NCBI GenBank assembly: GCA_000708835.1
Contig: DF237040.1
Coordinates: 124,001 to 188,000 of the forward strand
Direction of reading: 5' to 3'
Source of the DNA: Klebsormidium nitens
Lineage: Eukaryota > Plantae > Klebsormidiophyceae
Length of the DNA: 64,000 nucleotides
Positions 37,901 through 46,877 of this stretch are shown piece by piece. Position numbers and translations under genes: made by a program. Each line of letters starts with the position of its first letter. Position 1 is the first letter of the stretch. The notes below the pieces were generated by a model. It was given only the letters and a program-made list of their open reading frames with translations, was not told where the DNA came from and searched no databases.

Positions 37901-40900
37901 AGTTGCTCCAACTAAAGGCTGGAGCGCTTGAACTGGCCTTTCATCTGACAGCCATTCTCCGGGACGTTCAGAAACAGTAAACCTGTAAAGGCCGTCCTTC
38001 ATTATTGGCCTCCTATCAGCCAATTGGAAGGGCGTTCGGGCACGGACAAAGCTCTTCCACACAGGGTATCAGAACCTGTATCTAGCCAGGCTTGCGGTGC
38101 TTGCTCTTGTGAACCAAAGGAGTGACTTCCTGGTTGATGAGCAGGCAGCATCTGTGTGAGGGCAATAAAATTAGATAGTGTCGGCGAAAATGGCGAAAAT
38201 GGTCATGCTCCACTTGTTCGTGAGTGCCCTTGTCTTTGGTCCAAGTTGCCTCCAAATCAGTATCTGCCTGTTCTCTGTGCTTGCTTGATCGACGTTTGAT
38301 GCCCTCAACGATTACCCTAGACATATAAACCTGTGCATTGTAGAAACGCTTCGAAAGGGTCGTTGGCCATTGATTACAGTTTCGTCCTTTGTTTGCTACG
38401 CTGTACTCCGTTTGCTCGACTTCGGCCACTTGTTTTTGATTGGATTCAAGAGAGCAACCCTTCTCCGTCATGCTGTTACGTGTTTGGAATCTCTTGACTG
38501 GACAAGCTTCTAGAGCCTTGTCACTGGACAGTGATGACAGGTATGTGCTGGTCAAAAAAGACCAAGGCGCCATCTTCCCGTCTAACGTTGCGGGCAGAGG
38601 AAAGGTTCAAAGGTGCCACCTGTCGCTTCATCTCTGTACGGAAACTACGTCCTTGGATTGGTGGAGGTTGCAGGTTTTGGAACCGGAGTCCAAGTGTCGT
38701 GTAGATTTCACAATTTTGTGCTTTTTCCCGAACTAAATTTTGAAGGCTTCTTTTCAGCTCCGGTGAACGCCGTTGGGGTGCAACGCTTAGAAACTCGAGA
38801 CCCACGTGGCCATCGGGCGGCATAAGAAGCTCGCTTCAAACCGCCTCCCTAGTGTCACGTTCTTGGCAATCGGTGTACTTGATGGTATTTCGGACGTCTT
38901 TCTGCGTGGATATATTGGCTTCTCGCACTCGCTCATTTTACAAAGCGGCACTTTTATCTGTTCCTGACGCTTGGCCCCCCTTTCAAACAGGATCAACGAG
39001 CCTGGACAGTTCTTTTGCGCCTGCGTGGTTGAACATCTAGAAGCTGAAAGTCGTGTTTTCTAACCATCCGCTTTCCTCTCTCAAATAGGAAATCCACGAG
39101 TCTGGACAGCTCCTTCGCGCCGGCGTGGCTGGGTTTCGGGAACGCGTTCGCCGCTCAGGACGAAAGCGACCAGGCAATGGCGGCATACCGGACTGCAGCT
39201 CGGCTGTTTCCGGGGTAAGGGAGACCGGGCTTCCATTTTCCTTTCGTCTCTTACCCCAACGTGGGCCCAGGATGCGTAAGCTCGGTGACAAGCGTAGTTA
39301 ATAGGTGCGTTCTTCGTTCGATTCCGGAACGCTCTTCCAAGTCCTGCAAAGCGCCGCAGAAGGATGGCAAAAGTATGAACAAGGGCTGAAGATGTGGAGG
39401 AACGAGCTCTCTTGAAGCAAGTTGCCTTGGCCAGAATGCATTTTCACCTCAACTCAGCGGGGCACGTTTCGTAAACTGAATGCTTCGGAACTTTCAACGA
39501 GTTGTAGAGTAGCACCGGCAAAGTTCTTTCAAATTCTAGTGCAGAATTGGGTTCTTTACCGAGCCGCATTGTTTCGTGTCATTATTAGGGATGATCTCAG
39601 ATGTGACCGTCATGAGACTGCCCGTGTGCCCGTCGGTGTGCCCTATCGTTTGGCGAATCGAGCACTCGGCAGAGGTTAGAGAGCACTTGACCAGATTGCT
39701 CCACTCCCGTCAACCCCTCGAATCGTGCTTCCCAAGTCTGCTGAGTGTCACATATCCAGACTGTCGAGCGACGACTATCAATAGCTGAAGGCGCCCTGTA
39801 CTTGTCGTCAGAACAATCTCGACATTTTTAGAATCTTTTAAGCATTGAGTGTCAATCGCCCAAGCAATTTCAGGTTATTGTCGCTTCCAGGTGCCACTGG
39901 CCGGGTTTGTGGAACGGCAACAATTACCAGAAGACGAACGTCCTGACGTCAGCCGAGCAGTTGCTGAAAGATGCCCAAATCCGGAATATTTCAAATCGCA
40001 AAAGCAAAATCCGGTAGTTCGAAAGTCGAGCACGTTGAATGAAAACTCCTTCTCTAGGTGCCACATACCGAGTTTATGCATCGGCATCGAGTACCAGAAG
40101 ACGAACAACCTGAACTTGGCGGAGCTCTGAAGGATGTGCAAACCCCGGCCCTTATTCAAATTGTCATTTCGAAGTTTTTTATGATGCGAGAACCTGAGTA
40201 TTGGTTTTGAACTCCTCCCTCCAGGTGCCACCTACCGAGTCTATGCATCGGCATCGAGTACCAAAAGACGAACAACCTGAACCTAGCGGAGCAGTTTCTG
40301 AAGGACGCCCAAAAGCTGTGCCCCCAGGATCCGCTCATCTACAACGAGCTCGGCGTGCTGTCGTACCGGAACAAGGACCACCGGAAAGCGGAAAGCTGGC
40401 TGCGGAAAGCGCTCTCGCTCGCGCCGGAACCGCTGACCGACGCCTGGGAGGCCACGTGCGTCAACCTGGGGCACGCGCTGCGCAAGCAACGGTGCGGAGT
40501 CGGTCTTGTTGCTTTCTTTTCGTTTCGTTTCGTTCCGTTCCTTTGTGTTCCGTTCCGTTTCTGTTCCGCTGTTTCCCTCGATCCGTTTTTCCTTTAGTTA
40601 TGATGGTACCGGCGGATTTTATTTCCAAACGGGTTCCACATTGAAACGTTGAGAGCCCAGCAAGCATGATGACCAAGCTCTCCTTTCGTGATTTTGGCCT
40701 TTCCTTTTCACTTTCTCTTGTCCTTCTTCGCCAAAGCAATCGACTCAGTACGACAAGGCCCACTTCTGTGGCCTCCGCCCAGAACAGCAGTCTAGTGGAA
40801 AAGGCAGCTCCACCGGGAAGAGCGCCCCGGTGCTTTCTACCGGGCGGAACCTCGTCTAAGAATCCGTCCCTACTTTTTCGCAGAAATTACGCTGAAGCGA

Positions 40901-42467
40901 TCGACTGGTATACGACAAGGCCCTCCCGCGCAACCTTGAGAGAGCTGTCGGGCCTGATTTGTCAGCAGAGAATCTGGTGGTAGTTTGTACCGGGCGTAAA
41001 CATGACGTTACATCGTTCCTTGCCTTTCCGCAGAAAGTACGCCGAAGCAGTCGACTGGTATACGACATGGCCCTCCCGGCGCAACCTCTAGAGGGCTGTT
41101 GATTTGTTTTTTGAGCAAACATTTTCTGATCTATTTCATACCACCAATATCTCGGGCGGCAGTTCCTACCGGCTGTATTACAACAAAACATCGTTCCTTC
41201 GTTTCTGCAGAAAGTATATTGTAGACGGGTATGCGACAAAACCTTCAAAAGGGCCGTTGTTCTTGCATTCTGAGCGGATATTCCGGGTAGTGATTCTGAT
41301 GACAAAACATTGTTCCTTCGTCTCCGCAGAAAATACGCCGAAGCAATTGACTGGTACGATAAGGCTCTGGGCCTGTGTCCCCGCTCCGCCAGCACCTATG
41401 CCGCGCTCGGCTACACGCACCACCTCATGGTGAGCCGTGACGTCACCTTGATGACGTCACGAGGCAGTCACGTGCTTGCATGACCTCAGAATTGGCCCCT
41501 GCAGCGGCCGCTGATTTGTGAGGCGAACGGCCCCACTCGGCGACACAAACGAAGTCAAGAACATGTCGCCGCCTTTTTGGCGGTCAGACCATAGTGTATG
41601 GCTGCTGAACGGAGGCTCGGCTAAAGTCTTCTTTGGCCCGACAAGAGAAGACCACCGGGGTTTGGTAGGCGATTGACTGAATGACGAGTCTCACATTTGC
41701 GAAAAGAAGAAGGCTCTATTGCCTTCTTCTGTTCGCTTTATGGCACGCGGTTGCGTTATTCGCTTTCAAAAAACGATTGATAAAGCTGTCCGCTTCAAGC
41801 CGATGCAGATGCAGGGACTATGCTTGCACTCTTGGCGAGCAAAGCAACAGGGGTTTGTCCGCTGGTTCGCATCTGACGGCCTCTTCAGATTTGCTGAACG
41901 ATTGCAGTTCCTTATTCGTCACGCTTTGACGTCTCGAGAGCCGTTTATACCCGCCTGATGGAGCTGGCTGGATTTTTTTTGAAAGATCTTCTCATAACCT
42001 GAAAACGCTTCTCTACGCGTTGACCCCCTTCTGGTTTGGCAAGCTTTTTGGGAGTTTGGAATGGAGTTCCGCTGACATGGTTGACCAGCTGTTTGGAAAC
42101 GTTCGAAAGCTCCCTTTTTTGACTGCTCTTGTTTTGAACGCAGAAGCGTGTGTGTTGAACGCGGACGCCTCTTGCTTTCGTCATCCTGACATCAGAGCTG
42201 CGGAGCTAGGAGCGTCGTAGTTCTAGTTTTATCTCTTTTTAACGGTTTGCTATGGCTCTAAATTTGAGTTCGTTGCTCCCCTTCTTGCGACCATAGTCAC
42301 AGCTCCTCTTCTTTATTTTCCAGGATCAATTGACTCTTGCGATCGAGTACTACCACAAAGCTCTGGGGCTGAAAGCGGACGACACCTTCACCGCCGAGAT
42401 GCTGACACGCGCGCTCGAGGACGAAGGCGCTCGATTCGGGATGGGCGGGGGAGAAGAATTTCTGTAG
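28985..42467 (+). CDS. APC6: Anaphase-promoting complex subunit 6 (CDC16), TPR protein, ~540 aa, 13 exons
   Basis: join(28985..29119,29897..30001,30487..30612,30971..31044,31449..31488,31739..31784,32002..32081,32766..32944,33496..33696,39089..39214,40225..40491,41330..41429,42324..42467) = 1623 nt, all GT-AG, phases consistent. Motifs HLYSSAIFFADKL, FKYLAARCL, DPYCYEAFE, AWFAVGAYY, QDESDQAMAAYRTAARLFPGCHLP, DPLIYNELGV, VNLGHALRK, YYHKALGLKADDTF. Confidence 0.96.
32390..32600 (+). repeat. Two degenerate copies of the start of APC6 exon 8 in intron 7
   Basis: gaggagcgcgc core at 32401 and 32560, against exon 32784 (cagcggctgtttgaggagcgcgccgtggag). Confidence 0.75.
38981..39031 (+). repeat. 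Duplicated acceptor + first 13 codons of APC6 exon 10
   Basis: aaacag|gatcaacgagcctggacagttcttttgcgcctgcgtggttg against aaatag|gaaatccacgagtctggacagctccttcgcgccggcgtggctg. Confidence 0.9.
39880..40135 (+). repeat. Two degenerate tandem copies of acceptor + 5' part of APC6 exon 11 (167-bp period)
   Basis: AG|GTGCCAC starts at 39891, 40058 and 40225 (the real exon). Confidence 0.92.
40517..40570. repeat. Degenerate (CGTTY)n pentanucleotide microsatellite in APC6 intron 11
   Basis: tttcgtttcgtttcgttccgttcctttgtgttccgttccgtttctgttccg. Confidence 0.75.
40720..41270 (+). repeat. Array of four degenerate copies of acceptor + 5' part of APC6 exon 12
   Basis: GCAG|AAA(T/G)TA starts at 40884, 41034 and 41211, plus a more decayed copy near 40725; the real exon starts at 41330. 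The intron tail acatcgttccttcg..gcag is shared between units. Confidence 0.9.
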
Positions 42468-42767
42468 AACTCAGTTCCAAGCTTCGACACGTTTGCTCTT
42501 GATGGATCTTACAGAGGAAGCAAGGTCGAAGACCCGCGGGTTATGCAGCGGCCACGCAGCATTTTGAAGTGCTTCCGGAAAAACGGTCTGTCAAACCGCG
42601 ATCTTCTCTTCAGGAGTCGATCTCAAATCGGTCGAATCAATCGTCATCATCAACGGCCGGGTCCATCATTTTTGGGCCGAAATCCCGGCCGCCGGGAATG
42701 ATCATTACACTTCTGGCATTGTCTGCTAAGTCCGAAGTCGGTCCGACCCGGAAGTTGAAAGTTTGAA

Positions 42768-43564
42768 GTACCTACCGTGGTCCGTGCCTCCTTATACCGT
42801 AAGCACCAACCTTAGTAGTACCGTACTAACATGCCGGTTGGTCATCAATTAATTCAACGGGCGTGTTGGTACGGTACGCAAGCAGCAAAGTGACGGACCA
42901 GATTAGAAGTGCAACACTCTGGGGCCCCACAGCCGTTGATGCGGGAATGGATAAGCACAACCCACATCCAGATCAGGGCCCAGGCACCTTTTGCCGCTTG
43001 CGGCTCCACAACTTTTGCAATCATTTGCTCACGCGCTTTGCGGTACCCAGAGTCAGTAGCTTACGGTACTGTAGTACTGCACTTCAAGCGGTACTGCAGT
43101 ACTGAATCCTGGTACCACTGACTCCTCCAAGCTCCAGTACTGAGCTACGGTACTTATACCGCGTTGAGCGCTCCCTATCTATGACTAGTTAAAGGTATAT
43201 CTAGATAATAATGTGCCAGCGTACGGACCGTATGTACAGTACCTAATACTACCTAGCACCTAGTACCTATTACCTGGTTCTACCAGGATACCTAGCAAGG
43301 TATTGCTGTGAATGTAATAACTAGCTAGGCACGTACGGTAGTGTGAGTCTGACTCTCAGATTGACACACCTACTGCAGTCAGTACAGGCTGACTTTAGGT
43401 ACCTGTGACGAAGAGCTAGAACCTAGAGCAGGCTCGAGTTTCGACCTACTAGGTAGTACGTGAAAACAGATAAAAGCAAAACCTTCTCTTCACATCCTCA
43501 AAACCGCCTGTTTCCACTATTCGGGTACTCCGGTCTCGCCGCAATTCCGGGCAATTGCCAGTAC
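42768..43564 (+). promoter_or_regulatory. Dense GTAC (SBP-domain / copper-response element core) cluster upstream of the secreted Cys-rich gene
   Basis: 23 GTAC counted in 797 bp against about 3 expected, including four CCGTAC/GTACGG and five CGGTAC. The regulatory meaning is inferred. Confidence 0.65.
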
Positions 43565-43579
43565 CTCCAGCTTTGCGCC

Positions 43580-45746
43580 ATGGCGAGCGTCACGCGCAGT
43601 GCTGTGCTCCTCCTGGCGCTTGTCGCGATGGTCGTGAGCGCAACCGCTGCACGGATGGATCCTGTTCAGGTGAGCAAGGCATACCTTCAAAAGTATCTAC
43701 TTTGAGAGGATTGTGAAGTTTGACGGCGATGCGTGCGGTTTGAACCTTTGCCACATGACTGAATCTGGTCAGCCTTCAACGGAGGCCATTGAGCAGATGC
43801 TTTGATTTTGATTGGCAGCAGACCGGTGCCTGAATCGGTTTTGTCAGTGCAAACACATTTCCTTGATTCGAGGGCGCGCAAAATCAGCTCCTCTCTGAAT
43901 GCGTTTCGTGACCAGATTGACTTATACAACCCGCCCTTACATCTGCATCGACCCCTTGTTACCTACTAACACGTACGAGTAGCCACATTCCCCTTTCTGG
44001 AATGAGTCTGATTGCTGTACAATTGAGCCGAGTTGCATGTTCCTTTGCCAGAGAGTCTGATGACCAAGGATGTTACAGGCCAAACCTCCTCTGGTCAAGT
44101 TTGGATTGGAGATCATAGGGCTCTTGGTTCTGCTAAACTTGGCCACTAACTACATTCATCAGGCTTTGCATTGCTAGTCAAATGCACTGACTTGTTAACT
44201 TCTCAACGTCTTGAGAGCTTGCAGCGACCTTTGGTTGACCTAGTCAAATGCACTGACTTGTTAACTTCTCAATGTCTTGAGAGCTTGCAGCGACCTTGGT
44301 TGACCTAGAAACTTATGTCAAAAGTGTCAAGGGATAGCATTCAAGAAGCTTCTATGCAGGATTAATACTTGCGCATACAGCAACTTCTGTGGATGCAAAA
44401 AGATTTCATGTTTGCTTGATTTTTTGCAGGACGTTGCTGCCTCGGAGGCCAGCCCTGACCTCGAGCAGGTGAGCCAACGATTCCAGGAATTTTTGACTCT
44501 GCCAAGAACAGGAGCTTGTGTTTTAGATGGACGCTTTCTTGGTTTAAAGAACAGGAAAAAGCCCTCTTTCGTACACGAGCCTAGCCCGAAACCTGGCGGT
44601 AGTCATAAGATTCTCTGTTTGTTGAAGTTGGCCCTACCAGTCCTTCCTCCTATTCGTGTGGCTGCTTAGTCTGGTCTGATGATCTGCGTGACTTCCATCT
44701 GTTTGAAGCTTGCAGCACCCCGACCCCAAATCATGTCTATGCAAAAACGAAACTTATTTGGAAAGATGTTCGTTCGGCAGCTCCTTTTGAGCGCGTGTTG
44801 ACTATCCAATCGTTGGTTCTTTGCAGGATGCCTTGGAGCTTCCTGGCCGCTCGCAAATGTATGGCTGTCCGAAGATTGCTTCCAGTTGGTGCCAGGGCAG
44901 AACGGGTGTCTGCAACCCCAACGACACGTGAGTTATCCGGCTCGTCACAGGTTTTTTTTGGCGGTTGACCACAGTCGGTTACGGGCTGTTACAAAGCTGG
45001 TTGACTGTCTAATGACCAGACTCGAGCGGTAACCAGGTTTTAAACATGGCTATAACGCGGTTATTGGTCATTAAAGAACCGGAGGGAAGTTTGGTTATTG
45101 AACCTAATTAGCAGCCAAACCTTCCTGTGCGTGCAGTTTTGGGTCACATCTGGCTCCAAACGGTTCAGAGACTTCGGTCGCACAAGTTGTCACTAAGTCC
45201 AGTTTATTTCTGTAGGCTTTGGAAGATCCTGGGTACGTTCTCTGAGCGCGCCACAATGCTCTACGCACCGGAGTCCTTGCTAGGTTTCGGCTAGGAACTG
45301 CGAATGAGTTGCAGCTGTGCGTGAAGGTTCAACCGACTTGTACTGTCGTCACGCGCTTCCGTCTGACTCCGAGTGTCACTCGGAGTTGTTTTTTCGGTTA
45401 CCAAAAAGCAGAAAATCTCGACTCTTGCCCAAACCGAGGCGAGTAAAGGAGTAGTGTACGGGAACGGAAGAGGTCCAATGAGCTACTTTACGGTCCATGC
45501 CAAACTTCGGCTTACATGACGTGAGGCATACTGACCATAGATACAGCCACTAACAACAGCATTCTGCCCGAAAGCGCTTCGTGGAAAGGAAATAACACAG
45601 GCCGTTGCCATTTTTGCAGTGCGCAATGCAAATGCGGCTCGCCCCCCTGGGTCAAGAAGCCGTGGGAGTGGACCATGGGTCGTCTTTGCGACGCCGGGCT
45701 GAAGTGTCAGGTCAAAGGGCAGGATACAGTTTGTGTCCCTAAGTGA
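43580..45746 (+). CDS. Small secreted cysteine-rich protein, 118 aa (signal peptide + acidic propeptide + 8-Cys domain), family not recognised
   Basis: join(43580..43669,44430..44468,44827..44927,45620..45746) = 357 nt, GT-AG, phases 0/0/2. MASVTRSAVLLLALVAMVVSATAARMDPVQDVAASEASPDLEQDALELPGRSQMYGCPKIASSWCQGRTGVCNPNDTAQCKCGSPPWVKKPWEWTMGRLCDAGLKCQVKGQDTVCVPK*. Mostly missed by the ORF track. Confidence 0.82.
44174..44308. repeat. Near-perfect 66/65-bp tandem duplication in intron 1 of the Cys-rich gene
   Basis: Units start at 44174 and 44240 (ctagtcaaatgcactgacttgttaacttctcaa(c/t)gtcttgagagcttgcagcgacc(t)ttggttgac); one substitution and one indel. Confidence 0.92.
45366..45386. other. Perfect 10-bp inverted repeat with 1-nt loop
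   Basis: actccgagtg-t-cactcggagt. Confidence 0.85.
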
Positions 45747-46514
45747 CTGATTCCAGAAATAAGTTAGGGCTGACGATGATCAGGGTTGACGGGCTCGGCT
45801 TATGATAGACGGCCGGTTCGTGTCGGCTATTATACAGCGAGTGTTGACGTCGCTTCTGGTAGCATTTCGTCACAAGAGCCGTCAACTGTGCAAGCTTGGT
45901 TTGCCACGTGTGCGCCATGCAGTCAGTCAACCATGTTTGTTACGAAGTTAGGGGCTTTGTGTTTCATCCTTCGTCGTCCAGGGCCGTAAAAAATGACGTT
46001 ATTAGCGCCAAGTCTAGCTCATGCGATTCACTACGACCGGACCACTTTAATCAAGTACAAGTGTTCGGCGGCAATGTCTTGATTGAATGTTGATTTGAGC
46101 GCCCTTTGCGTTTGTGACCCCTCAATCCAGATGTGTTTTTAATATGCAAGACTTCCTAACTCTCAAGTTGACGACAGCCTTTAATTACATGCGATTTGCC
46201 ATGCGAGATATCTTCAATCTCTCAGGCAAGAACACGCACCGAGCCTGGCCGTTTAGGATTGGAGGAGGTTTACGCAAGTGACTTGTATTTGACATGGAAA
46301 CGCAAGATGGTCTGTAAACGGTGCCGTCTCGGGCCGGCGATATGTTCTTGCTTGATATCTGATATGTGTCGTGGAAAGTTCACGTACAGCTTGTCAAGTA
46401 GTCTCGAGATCGATTCGGACAGCAGCGCATTCCAACATCACCGTCCATGCAAAGTTTCCCGGACGTCACCGGCTGCAGCTAGATGATCGCGACCTTCTTT
46501 GCGCATCTGTATTC

Positions 46515-46530
46515 TGACACTCGAGTGTCA
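46515..46530. other. Perfect 16-bp palindrome
   Basis: tgacactcgagtgtca. Confidence 0.85.
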
Positions 46531-46608
46531 TGTCTCGACATTAGAAAGAGTGGAAGGATATAGCGCTTGATTTTGCGTGTCAGAAAAAAGAACAAGAGAA
46601 ACTGGATA

Positions 46609-46877
46609 TACCGTAGAGACATTGTCCATTCGCACTAACTTTAATTATTTTTAGGGCTTGCGAAAAAAGTTTTATTACTTTCGACGCAGGTGCGAAAATG
46701 CGGATCAAAAATAATATCTGTAGAAGCTACAAAACCTGCAAAATGAGGCTAAAAATGGTCCAAATTTGGAAAAAGCGAAAATTCTAATAATATCGTCGAT
46801 GCTGGTGCGAAATGACAAAACGTTCATAAATAGATATTCGCACCAAGGTGGTGCGAATGGACAATGTCTCTACGGTA
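46609..46877. mobile_element. MITE, Tc1/mariner-type (265 bp, 46611..46875, TA target-site duplication)
   Basis: TA-CCGTAGAGACATTGTCCATTCGCAC (46609-46635) is the exact reverse complement of GTGCGAATGGACAATGTCTCTACGG-TA (46851-46877). The interior is AT-rich, non-coding and has internal GGTGCGAA / TTCGCAC repeats. Confidence 0.88.
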
